NCBI GenBank assembly: GCA_002104905.1
Contig: MCFE01000457.1
Span: forward strand, 1 to 64,000
DNA length: 64,000 nt
Source: Basidiobolus meristosporus CBS 931.73
Taxonomy: Eukaryota; Fungi; Basidiobolomycota
Direction of reading: 5' to 3'
The notes under the pieces were generated by a model, which saw only the letters and a program-made list of their open reading frames with translations, searched no databases and had not been told where the DNA came from. The translations under genes and the position numbers were made by a program. Shown here one piece after another: positions 47,040-59,856 of this stretch. How positions within the stretch are numbered: the first letter of the stretch is position 1; every line of letters starts with the position of its first letter.

Positions 47040-47540
47040 CTACTCCATTATACCAATATATGCTGTCATGCTCCAGAGTTAATATACCATTCATTTAAAT
47101 ATTTACTTACACTCTCTGGTGTGGTTATAAGCAGCTGTTCCTCTGTAGCTATAAGGTTTGCCTGCTCTAATTTATGATCTTTGCCCCCCTTTTTCCATTT
47201 GCATTCTCTTACACAGTGTCCCAGCCTCTGATAGTAATTACAGCAACCAGGTTTTCTTTGGTTCTGTGGAATTGCCTACATTTCTGCAAGCCTTTGAGAG
47301 CTGAATACAGCATAATATTCAATATTCTCTGCTTAGTTTTATGTCTGAGTTGTTTAGATAAAGTTTTTCATTGATGTGGTCCAAGGTCAATTAACTTCTC
47401 TCCACTTAAAAGAGAGTATAAATGGCTTGTACTTCTCTGGTAGGCTTCACAGTAGGCAGAGTATCCATTTGTCATTATCTACACCAGCATTGATACCACA
47501 ATATACATCTTGCATTTCCAAGGTCTCTAGTTCTTAACAT
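47040..47540 (-). pseudogene. Copia family 2: gag (UBN2 and zinc knuckle) and protease remnant
   Basis: KWILCLL*SLPEKYKPFILS, CNY(C>Y)QRLGHCVREC, EWYINSGA*QHI. Confidence 0.7.
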
Positions 47541-47744
47541 TAAATGCCTCCTCTACAGCAAAGGGGTTTGGGTTTTGTTTGCTGGTAGATGTCATTTTTG
47601 GAAAAAATTCAGGGTAATTGGGTCTTGTGAGCTATTGCAATTTAAGATGTGTTTGTATTTTAGGGATCTATCAAGAATTAGTAATAATATCTTACCAGCT
47701 ATTGACAAAAATAAAAGTTTGTATTTTTACCTTGGTAGTAATAG

Positions 47745-48112
47745 TGTTACAAGTCTTGGTATAAGAGTTGTAGAGGAATAGGGAGTTTAGCTAGTATTGT
47801 ATTCACTAAAACTTGAACTGATTTTTATTGAGGTTCCAGCAGCTCCTTATATACATTTTGCCAGATCAATTGCTGACTAATTGTATTTCCTAATGTAGGT
47901 TGTGGCTGATGACTCATTTGATTGCATCATCATCACCCAATAAGATCCTACTTAATATATCTATTTCTGTCTGATAAGGATCTGCTGATTCATTTGCTGA
48001 CTAATGCTACTGATTTCATAGATAATACTGATATACTGATAACCTAAACATATACTAATTGATTTGACTAAAAACTGATCTAACTTAAACATTTAAGCGG
48101 CAGATCATAACT
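47745..48112 (-). mobile_element. Solo LTR, gypsy family A
   Basis: TGTTACAAG...GATCATAAC(T); 4-bp TSD ATAG on both sides. Confidence 0.9.
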
Positions 48113-50910
48113 ATAGTACAGCTGCACCACTAAACTAGGAGAGTTTCTCAATAGTTTGGAGCATTTTACTACAGTCTCAGCATTTATATGTAATATTGGT
48201 CAGAGTGCTAATTTGGTCTTGACTTTACAGAGGTTATTAAAGGATCATGGGATCTCAAAGAAAGTGGCAAGGTTATGGCTGTAAAAGAGTCATACATTGA
48301 CTAAGACTAGTCCAGATTTGTTGAGTGAAATTTAGCTGATGAATGGAACCAAAGAGGCTAATATCTTAATAGATTGGTGCTACTATACTACAAGCACAAA
48401 GCCAGATGTTTATATCTCTACAATTACTCTATCTATTCTCCACTCTATCTTATATGTTGTTTAGAGAGTATTAGGCCTTGCTCCACCTATTGGGGGCTTC
48501 CTCTGCAGCAGATGCATGTATAATTGTGAAGTCAAGTCAGGTTACAGGTACTATTGTATCCAATCTCATCTGGGATAGAACCTTTGGGTCTATCATGGAT
48601 GCAACTGGTTGGCATGTAGCAAACTTCCAGGAAGTGGTGGAAAATATGTTGGACAGATGTACTGGTGATGACACATATGCATCAAGCATTAAGAATCAAG
48701 GCAGTACCAATGAGTAGGACATCAGTTAAGTGATGCAAGGTTAGGTTGGACTCATCAAACAACTAACTTTATTAGGGTAACTTAATCAGGATACACCAGG
48801 TTTTTCATAGGTATATGCCATTTATACACCATCCATTGTGGAGCTCATACATACCAGCACCAGAGCACACCCCTAAGAGGGACTATAATCCAGCAGGAAG
48901 AATGAATACATTTGCACAGTACCAAAATGTTATTTGCAGATACCCAGGAGATACTCATGGCAAAAGTGGTGGCAACCAAGCATATGTTTGCCTGTTTTGG
49001 TATTTTCTGGTCATGCAAGGCACATGGTAACTATGCGCATTTTGCACTGAAAAGCCTTTAAGATGAGGTGATAGAAGTGTGCAAATTGTAGTTGGTTTAA
49101 GTATGCAGAGATGTTGGTAAGCAGGCAGTCTTAGTCTTTTTGATCTAAACCATGTGTAAAAGCCTGTAGTAGCGGTGCATAATCAAATAAAAAGGAGTGA
49201 CTCTTCTGTAAAATATATTAATGGCACAAGGGGAGGTAGAAACAGGAAATATTATTTGGTAAGCTGACACAGTTGTATCACTCAGAACTAATTGCAGGCT
49301 GCCATTGTTATGATCTACTGCTTGTATGTCTAAGTTAGCTCTGTTTTTAGTCAAATCAATTAGTTCTATGTTTAGCTTATAGTATTTCAATATTATCTAT
49401 CAAATCAGTAGCATTAGTCAGCAAATAAATCAGCAGATCCTCCTCAGACAGAAATATGTATATTAAGTTGAACTTTGTAGGGTGATGATGATGCAATCAG
49501 ATGAGTTGTCAGCCACAGCCTACATTAGGAAATTCAATTAGTCAGCAATTCATCTGGCAAAGTGTATATAAGGAGCAGCTGGCACCTCAATAACAATCAG
49601 TTCAAGCTTTAGTGAATACAATACTAGCTAAACTCACTATTCCTCTACAACTCTTTTGCCAATACTTGTAGCATTGGTAGCAGCAATAATCAGAAACTTC
49701 CCTCAAGATGTCCAAAAATCAAGAATGGAAGAATGTTATGCAAAAAATCCTGGCCCAGCAGCAACAAGGAATGATTACCATGGCCAAAAGCCAGCAAAAC
49801 CCTGTCAAGAGCAACTTTAGTGCTAAGGTCAGCTGGTACCACAGTAGAGTCAGTGAATACCTGGGAACTTGGCTCTTCCAGATTGAAAAAGCTTTCTAGA
49901 CTGAGGGAACTGCTGCAGAAAGCAAGTTACATTATGCAGCCACTTACCTGGCAGATGCAGCTTTACAGTGGTACCACAACAAGATCAGGTTAGCCACCAT
50001 AATGGGATGCTCTACAATCTATTCCTGGGATGAGTTGGGGTTGGAAATCCAGGATGCCTTTGAGCCCCCACACCAACAGACACTACTAAGAAGAAAGCTG
50101 AAGACACTTAGACAGAAAGGAATGGTCCATGAGTACATCTATGAATATAGATGTCTACTTGGACAAATTGAAAGAATGGACCCTCTGGATTAAGTTGAAT
50201 ACTTTATTGATAGGTTGAAAGAAAGAGCTTGTAAGGAAGTGAATTATCAAAGACCTCAGACTAATGAAGAAGCCATCAAGATTGCCATTGACTATGACTC
50301 AGCTATGTTCGGAGTTGGGAAGCCCACAGTGACTAATCAGAGAGGCTAAAATCACTTTGAAAGAAGACAATCAGAAGCAGTGCCAATGGAAATAGATGCG
50401 ATGCAGAAGAATTCTACCTTATATGAATGTAAGAAGAAAGGACTTTGCTTCAACTGCCACCAGAAGGGACATATTGCAAAGTACTGCCCTCAGAAAAGAA
50501 ACGGACACCAGCCATCAAGAAACTCTAACCATATTGAGGCCATGGAGCATAGTACCATGGAGGATGAACTTGAAGAAGACTCAGAAATTACCTTCTATAT
50601 CACAGAAGAATAACTATCCCAGATGACCTCAACCTCAGGAAAGCTATTATACTTGAATGGAGTAATCAATGGAGTACCTGACAAGAACATGATTGACTCA
50701 GGAGCATTGCATGAGTACATGTCAGAGTAATTTGCTTTGAAAGATGGAATCAACTTGGAACCCACCAAATCAACTTCAGTCTCAACAGCTGATGGGAACT
50801 CTCACATATTAATCTGTATTACTCAGCCAGTAAGGATGAAGATATTGGAGCAAGGATATATCAGACCCAGCAAGTCACCTTGAGGAGCACCAGTACTTTT
50901 TGTGAAGAAG

Positions 50911-53900
50911 TATTACAAGTCTTGGTATAAGAGTTGTAGAGGAATAGGGGGTTTATCTAGTATTGTATTCACTAAAACTTGAACTGATCTTTATTGAGGT
51001 TCCAGCAGCTCCTTATATACATTTTGCCAGATTAATTTCTTACTGATTGTATTTCCTAATGTGGGCTGTGGCTGCTGACTCATATGATTGCATCATCATC
51101 ACCCAATAAGATCCTACCTAATATTTATCTTGTCTGATAAGGATCTGCTGATTCATTTGCTGACTTATGCTACTAATTTGATAGATGATACTGATATAGT
51201 GATAAGCTAAACATGTACCTAATTGATTTGACTAAAAACAGATCTAACTTAAACATTCAAGCAGCATATCATAACATTCTCCCCTACTAAAGTTGAGAGG
51301 GTTCTCGTAAGTAGCTTTTCTTCTGATACCAATATCTTGATGCTTCAGTATTATTAGCAAGTCCTGCAAGCTTGAGTCTGTCCCTATGCACTAAGTCTTC
51401 CTGGATATTGCCTTGTTTGTCCACTAGTTGGTAAGTTGCAAATGGACATTTTCTGATGATCATAAAAGGTCCTGTTCATTGTGGATCAAACTTCTTCTGA
51501 GTCTTGTTTCTTTGCTATACAAAGTTCCCAACTGTCAATGCTTCTGGTGTTATATTCTTATCAAATCACCACTTCATCTTTTCTGCACTTTGAGAGACTT
51601 TAGTTTGTGCCTCTTGACATTTTTGTTCCAGTTGCTGGTGTCTACTTGGCTGACTGAGTTCATCTTATAAGGCGTCTGTAAGCTTTGGTTGTGTGAGATC
51701 TCCTGGAATCATTGGTTCACATCCATATACTGAGCAAAATGGAATTTGTTGGGTAATATTGTGTACTCTGACTTGGCATGCAAAGAGTTCTTGGTCTATA
51801 TACTCATCCCTTCTATTGACAACTCTGTTTACATACTAGGTCAGTATTTTTTGAAATAATCCTTTGAACTGTTCAGTGACTCCAATTAGTCTTGGGGTGA
51901 TCTGCCAATGTTTTCAAGTGTTTGATCTGCTGCATTTCCAGGTAAGCTTCCAATGTGTTTGCCATAAAGCTTACACCTCTGTTGGCATCCAAACTTTGTA
52001 AGGATATCATGGTAGATGAAACTAGCAACCTCTTGTTGACTGGCTATAAGTACAGCTTTAGCCAGTGGCCATTTAGTGGCATGGTCAATTGCTACTAGGA
52101 ACCAACAGTTGCATTTCCTGGTAGTTGGCAGTCTCCTAATAAAGTCAAATCCCCATCTTTCCAACGGTCTTACTGGCTCCAAGGGAAAGAGTTCAGCAAT
52201 TCTCTGTGGTTGGCCTTGGTTGATTTGGCAATTTGGGCATGTTTTCACTAGCTTCTCAATGTCTTGTTTCATTCTGGGCCACCATGCTCTGTCTTTCACA
52301 AGGCTATAGGTTCCTTCAATTCCAAGATGTCCATATCCATTGTGTAGCTTACGTATTAAGTCCAGGCAAGTAACATAAGGGCAATAGGCAATACGGCTTC
52401 CATCAACAGCTTGGTAGAGTGTGTCATCCTGTACTACAAATTTGTTACCTTCATCCCAGATTATCTTCTTGATATCTTCATCCACCTCATTAGGAATGGC
52501 TTGGTCCTCCAAGTACTTTGGTAATAGGCTAGGCCAATCTGATTCATGCACCAAGTTGAGTTGTGCAACTTGTTCTTATCTTGATAAGACATCAGCAACT
52601 ATGTTTTTTTTCCAGGGCAGTAGACAATCTCCAAATCAATTTCTGAATGTATTCACTCCATTCTGTCATTCTTCTAGAGAGTATCTGCTGGGTAAACATA
52701 TACTTGAGGGAGGCATGATCAGTCTTAATGGTGCATTTGACTCCTTCAATATAGCATCTCCATGTCTTCAAACAGTGTGTTATAGTAAGCATCTCCTTCT
52801 CATACACTGGATAATTTTGTTCAGCTGAGTCCAACTTCTTGGATTTAAAGACAACAGGGCAGTTTTTCCCTTGTGTTCTTAGCTCAACACTCCACCAATT
52901 GCATAATCTGATGCATCTGTGCACAGAGTGAGCTCTTTTCTGAAATCAGGTATTCTTAAGCTTGGCAGCTTAGCAAGTTTATTCTTGAGCATCTGGAAGG
53001 CAGTCTCACAAGCTATGTCCACTTGTAGGTATTGTCTTTCTTGAGGATATCAGTTAAAGGGGCTGCAATACTTGCAAAGGACTTGACAAATCTCCAATAA
53101 TAGGAAACCATCTCAAGGAATGATCTGTGCTCTGATATGCTATGGGGCTGCTTCAGATTCTTGATAACTTCAACCTTTTTAAGGTCTAAGGTTACTCCTG
53201 TGCTAGTAATTGTGCATCCCAGATATTCAACATTTTCCTTGAGGAATTCACACTTGGGTAGCTTGCCAGAAAGCTTGTTCTCTCTTAGCTTCCTAGAGAC
53301 CTTTTGAACATGACTAAGTTATCCTTTTCTGTCTTGCTGTATATCAATATATCATCTAGGTAGATTATGACAAACTTGTCTAAGTACTCCTGAAAGACAG
53401 TCTGCATCCGGGTCATGAATGTTGCAGGGGCATTGGTGAGGCCAAAACTCATGACTAAGTACTTGTAATGTCCATATCTGGTCCTGAATGCTGTCTTAGG
53501 GATGTCTTCTGGATTCACCTTAATCTGATTGTATCCTGACATGAGGTCAATCTTGATGAAAATAGTGGCACCATTGAGTTGGTCCAAGAACTTGTCAATC
53601 CAAGTTATGGGGAACTTATTCTTCACAGTAACTGATTTGAGGGCTCTGTAGTCAACGCACATTCTAAGTATTCCATCCTTCTTCTTCACAAAAGTACTGG
53701 TGCTCCTCAAGGTGACTTGCTGGGTCTAATATATCCTTGCTCCAATAACTGATCTATTTGTCTCTTTGTTTCTTGCAATTCCAATGGACTCATTCTGTAA
53801 GGTGTCTTATTCACTGGAGGGCCATCTCCTGTTTCAATGGCATAATCCACATCTCTGACTGGTGGTAGGCTTACAAGCTCATCTGGAAATACATCAGAAT

Positions 53901-56295
53901 ACTCCTTCAAAAGAGTCTGGACCTTCTGTGGTACTGGAGTAGAGGAGTCCTCCTGTAATACCGCCATGAGGAACATCTGGGTACCTTTTCTAAGTGCTCT
54001 ACAGAGCTGGGTCTTGCTAAGTTCACTTGTCTCACACACACTGGAATTGACCAAGTTGAAATCCAGCCTGGCAGGTAATAGTGCCTTTTCTTAGTGTTTT
54101 ACCAAGCTGTGTCTTGCTAAGTTCACTTGTTTCACACACACTGGAATTGACCAAGTTACAATCCAGTCTGGCAGGTAATAGCTTGTAGGTCTTGTTGTCC
54201 TTCTGGATACAAGTAGCAAAGGTTCTCCAGTTGATTGATGGACTACAACAAAATAGCCAGGTTTTCCCAAGTACAAGGTCAAACTTGCAGTTCCCAAATA
54301 TATAGGCCTGTGGATCTTCTTCATAGTCATCGATCTTCATCCTTACTGACTGAGTAAAATGGTTGATTATATGAGAGTTACCATCAGCTGTTGAGATTAA
54401 AGTTGATTTGGTGGGTTCCAAGTGGATTCCAGCTTTCAAAGCAAATTGCTCTGACATGTACTCATGCAATGCTCCTGAGTCAATCATGTTCTTGTCCAGT
54501 ACTCCATTGATTACTCCATTTAAGTATAATAGCTTTCCTGAGGTTGAGGTCATCTGGGATAGTTATTCTTCTGTGATATAGAAGGTGATTTCTGAGTCTT
54601 CTTCAAGTTCATCCTCCATGGTACTATGCACATGGCCTCAATATGGTTAGAGTTTCTTGATGGCTGGTGTCCATTTCTTCTCTGAGGGCAGTACTTTGCA
54701 ATATATCCCTTCTGGTGGCAGTTGAAGCAAAGTCCTTTCTACTTACATTCATATAAGGTAGAATTCTTCTGCACAGCATCTATTTCCATTGGCACTGCTT
54801 CTGATTGTCTTCTTTCAAAGTGATTTTAGCCTCTCTGATTAGTCACTGTGGGCTTCCCAACTCCAAACATAGCTGAGTCATTGTCAATGGCAATCTTGAT
54901 GGCTTCTTCATTAGTCTGAGGTCTTTGATAATTCACTTCCTTACAAGCTCTTTCTTTCAACCTATCAATACAGTATTCAACTTGATCCAGAGGGTCCATT
55001 CTTTCAATTTGTCCAAGTAGACATCTATATTCATTGATGTACTCATGGACCATTCCTTTCTGTCTAAGTGTCTTCAACTTTCTTCTTAGTAGTGTCTGTT
55101 GGTATGGGGGCTCAAAGGAATCCTGAATTTCAAGCCCTAACTCATCCCAGGTAGAGATTATAGAGCATCCCATCATGGTGGCAGGTCTGATCTTGCAGTA
55201 GTACCATTGTAAAGCTGCATCTGTCATGTAAGATGCTGCATAATGTAACTTGCTTTCTGGAGCAATTCCCGCAGCCTTGAAAGCTTCTTCAGTATGGAAG
55301 GGCCAAGTTCCCAGGTTTTCATTGACTCTACCATGGTACTGGCTGACTTTGACACTGAAGTTGCTCTTGACAAGGTTTTGCTGGCTTTGGGCCATGGTAG
55401 TTGTTTCTTGTGGCTGTTGGCTAAGGATCTGGAGTAACTGTTGCTGCTGGGCCAGGATTTGTTGCAAAGCATTCTTCCATTCTTGATTTTTGGACATCTT
55501 AAGGGAGTCTTCTTCTTTCTTCAGGATGGATGTTTCTGGTTATTACTGCTACCAATGTTACAAGTCTTGTTATAACAGTTGTAGAGGAATAGGGAGTTTT
55601 GCTAGTATTGTATTCACTAAAACTTAAACTGAACTTTATTGACATTGCAGTAGCTCCTTATATACATTTTGCCATAATAATTGCTGACTAATTGTATTTC
55701 CTAATATAGGCTGTGACTGATGACTTATTTGATTGCATCATCATCACCCTACAAAATCCAACTTAATATATCTATTTCTGTCTGATCAGGATCGGCTGAT
55801 TCATTTGCTGACTAATGCTACTAATTTGATAGATGATACAAATGTTACAAGTCTTGGTATAGGAGTTGTAGAGGAATAGGGAGTTTAGCTAGTATTGTAT
55901 TCACTAAAGCTTGAACTGATTTTTATTGAGGTTCCAGCAGCTCCTTATATACATTTTGCCAGATCAATTGCTAACTGATTGTATTACCTAATGTAGGTTG
56001 TGGCTGATGACTCATTTGATTGCATCATCATCACCCAATAGGATCCTACTTAATATATCTATTTCTGTCTGATAAGAATCTGCTGATTCATTTACTGACT
56101 AATGCTACTGATTTCATAGATAATACTGAAATACTGATACCTAAACATATACTAATTGATTTGACTAAAAACTGATCTAACTTAAACATTCAAGCGGCAG
56201 ATCATAACACTAATATAGTGATAAGTTAAGCATATAACTAATTGATATGACTAAAAACAGATCTAACATAAAAATTCAAACAGCAGATCATAACA
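50911..56295 (-). mobile_element. Ty3/gypsy family A, element 3, full length, inserted antisense into the RT of element 2 (3' LTR 50911-51276; 5' LTR 55556-56295, split by a nested LTR)
   Basis: Perfect TSD GAAG (50907-10, 56296-99); PBS TTGGTAGCAG; PPT AGTAGGGGAGAA; gag-PR-RT-RH-IN remnants; ~100-bp internal tandem duplication at ~53985-54180. Confidence 0.94.
55843..56209 (-). mobile_element. Solo LTR A nested inside the 5' LTR of element 3
   Basis: TGTTACAAG...ATCATAACA; near-TSD CAAA/CTAA; the host LTR resumes at 56210. Confidence 0.88.
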
Positions 56296-57936
56296 GAAGT
56301 AGGATGGGACACTTGGGATGTGCATTGACTACGGAACTGTCAACTCTGTTACCATGAAGAATAAGCACCCCATACCTTGGATTGATGAGCTTTTAGACCA
56401 ACTCATTAAAGCCAGTATTTTCAGCAAGATTGACCTCATGTCAGGATACAATCAGATTAAGGTGAAGCCAGAAGACATCCCTAAAAGAGCATTCAGGACC
56501 AGATATGAACATTACAAGTACTTAGTCATGCGTTTTAGCCTCACCAATGCCCCTGCAACATTCATGACCCTGATGCAGACTGTCTTCCAGGAGTACTTAG
56601 ACAAGTTTGTCATAATCTACCTAGATGATATATTGATATACAGGAAGACAGAAGAGGATCACTTGTTGCACATTAAAAAGTTCTTGAAATAACCAGGAGT
56701 GAAAAAGTTTTATGGCAAGCTACCCAAGTGTGGCTTCCTCAAGGAACATGTTGAATATCTGGGACACATAGTGACTTGCACAGGAGTAACCTTAGACCCT
56801 AAGAAGGTTGAAGTTATCAAGAATCTGAAGCAGCCCCATAGCATATCAGAGCACAGATCATTCCTTGGAATGGTTTCCTATTATTGGAGATTTGTCAAGT
56901 CCTTTGCAAGTATTGCAGCCCCTTTAACTGATATCCTCAAGAAAGACAATACCTACAAGTGGACATAGCTTGTGAGACTGCCTTCCAGATGCTCAAGAAT
57001 GAACTTGCTAAGCTGCCAAGCTTAAGAATACCTGATTTCAGAAAAGAGCTTACTCTATGCACAGATGCTTCAGATTATGCAATTGTTGAAGTGTTGAGCC
57101 AAGAACATGAGGGAACAGACTACCCAGTTGCCTTTGACTCCAAGAAACCAAACTCAGTAGTACAAAACTATCCAGTGTAAGAGAAGGAGATGCTTGCTAT
57201 AATATACTGTTTGAAGACATGGAGATGCTAAATTGAAGGAGTCAAATGCATTTTGAAGACTGAGCACGTCTCCCTCAACTATATATTTACTTAGGAGGTA
57301 CTCTCTAGAAGAATGACACAATGAAGTGAATACATTCAGCAATTGATTTGGAGATTGTCTACTGCCCTGGAAAAAACAACACAATTGCTGATGCCTGACC
57401 AAGATTAGAACAAGTTGCACAACTCAACTTGGTGCATGAATCAGATTGGCCTAGCCTATTACCAAAGTACTTGGAGGACCAAGCCATTCCTAATGAGGTG
57501 GATGAAGATATCAAGAAGATAATCTGGGATGAAGGTAACAAATTTGTAGTACAGGATGACACACTCTACCAAGCTGTTGATGTAAGCCGTATTGCCTATT
57601 GCCCTTATGTTACTTGCCTGGACTTAATACGTAAGCTACACAATGGATATGGACATCTTGGAATTGAAGGAACCTATAGCCTTGTGAAAGACAGAGCATG
57701 GTGGCCCAGAATGAAACAAGACATTGAGAAGCTAGTGAAAACATGCCCAAATTGCCAGATCAACCAAGGCCAACCACAGAGAATTGCTGAACTCTTTCCC
57801 TTGGAGCTAGTAAGACCATTGCAAAGATGGGGAATTGACTTTATTAGAAGACTGCCAACTACCAGGAAATGCAACTGTTGAATCCTAGTAGCAATTGACC
57901 ACACCACCAAATGGCCAGTTGCTAAAGCTGCCCCAA

Positions 57937-58305
57937 TATTACAAGTCTTGGTATAAGAGTTGTAGAGGAATAGGGAGTTTAGCTAATATTGTATTCAATA
58001 AAGCTTGAACTGATCTTTATTGAGGTTCCAGCAGCTCCTTATACACATTTTGCCAGATCAATTGCTGACTAATTATATTACCTAATGTAGGTTGTGGCTG
58101 ATGACTCATTTAATTGCATCATCATCACCCAATAAGATCCTACTTAATATATCTATTTCTGTCTGATACGGATCTGCTGATTCATTTGCGGACTAATGTT
58201 ACTGATATAATAGATAATACTGATATACTGATAACCTAAACATATAACTAATTGATTTGACTAAAAACTGATCTAACTTAAACATTCAAGCAGCAGATCA
58301 TAACA
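57937..58305 (-). mobile_element. Solo LTR A inserted in the integrase of element 2
   Basis: TATTACAAG...ATCATAACA; near-TSD CCAA/CCTA; the integrase frame resumes at ...ASEQEVA. Confidence 0.88.
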
Positions 58306-59856
58306 CCTAGCCAGTGAACAAGAAGTTGCAATTTTCATCTACAATGAGATCCTTATAAAGTCTAGATGCCCTGTAGAGATTCTATACAATAGAGGCACAT
58401 ACTTTATGGCAAAGACATTGGAAGCTTACCTGGAAATGCAGCAGATCAAACACTTGAAAACATTGGCATATCACTCCAGAACTAATGGAGTCACTGAACA
58501 GTTTAAAGGATTATTTGGAAAAATGCTGACCTAATATGCAAATGGAACTGTCAGTAGATGGGATGAGTATATAGACCAAGCACCCCTTGAGTGAACAGTA
58601 AGAGTACACAATACCACCCAACAATTGCCACTTTACTTAATGCATGGATGTGAACCAAGGATTGCAGGCAATCTCTCACAGCCAAAGCTTACAGACACCT
58701 TAGAAGATGGACTCAGTCAGCCAAGTAGACACTAGCAACTGGAACAAAAACATCAAGAAGCACAGACCAAACGCTCTTAAAGTGCAGCAAAGATGAAGCA
58801 GAGATTTGATATGATTATATCACCAGAAGCATTGACAGCTGGGAGCTTTGTATTGCTAAGAAACAACAATCAGAAGAAGTTTGATCCCCAATGGACAGGA
58901 CCCTTTGAGATCATCAGAGAATGTCCATTTGCAACTTACCAACAAGTGGGCAAACAAGGCAATATCCACAAAAACCTAGTGCATAGGGACAGACTCAAGC
59001 TTGCAAGACTTGCTGATAATACTCAACCATCAAGATATCCTTATTACAAGAAATGAGATTCAGGAGAACCCTCTCAACTTTTGAAGGGGAGGATGTTATG
59101 GTCTGCCACTTGAATGTTTAAGTTAGATCAGTTTTTAGTCAAATCAATTGGTATATGTTTAGGTTATCAGTATATCAGTATTATCTATCAAGTCAGTAAA
59201 TTAGTCAGTAAATAAATCAACAGATCCTTACCAGACAGGAATAGATATATTAAGTAGGATCTTATTGGGTGATGATGATGCAATTAAATGAGTCATCAGC
59301 CACAGCCTACATCAGGAAATACAATTAGTCAGCAATTAATCTTGCAAAATGTATATAAGGAGCTGCTGGAACCTCAATAACAATCAGTTCAGGTTTCAGT
59401 CAATACAATACTAGCAAAACTTCCCATTCATCTTCTACTTTCATACCAAGACTTGTAACACTATACTACTAATTTGTTACCAACAGGGGTTGGCAAAGGC
59501 ACCATTAGAACACCCTGAAGTTTCTTGCCATAGAAGACCATTGGAAGCATTGGCCAGTTTGGCCTTCTCAAACAATGGTCAGCTGTGATATCTGTTTTGG
59601 CATATTAATGAGATGCATTAGAAGCAAAATGGAGAATTAGAATATGTACATGATATTCACTTATTGTTTTAGTTGGTTGCAGATCAGCATTTATACTTGT
59701 TGCAGCACTTTATAAGTGTAACTATTTTGTCATTACAAGGAAAGCCTCAGGAGTATATGTGCAAGGTTCCAGCTCATTTAGACACATTTCAGATTTTCTT
59801 GAAGTTCCAAACTTCACTAGATTCAGGACAACCCTCTCAATCTTAGTAGGGAAGAA

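Larger units (their letters stand above)
49306..59460 (+). mobile_element. Ty3/gypsy family A, element 2 (LTRs 49306-49673 and 59094-59460); internal deletion after PR; hosts element 3 and a solo LTR
   Basis: PBS TTGGTAGCAG after the 5' LTR, gag/PR 49700-50840, RT-RH-IN 56300-59056, PPT GAAGGGGAGGA, near-TSD CCAT/CTAT. Confidence 0.92.

Noticed and set aside
50347-50613. TAA read as Tyr (alternative genetic code), suggested by two TAC>TAA changes
   Set aside because: Host genes such as beta-tubulin terminate at TAA; shared ancestry of the two copies explains it.
58793-59093. Chromodomain at the end of the gypsy integrase
   Set aside because: The ORF stops soon after the GPF motif and the PPT follows within ~40 bp; there is no room for one.
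59465-59620. LPTGVGK, a RecQ-like Walker A created by rejoining the flanks of element 2 (possible Academ helicase)
   Set aside because: No DExH or other helicase motif follows and the frame has several stops; seven residues are not enough.
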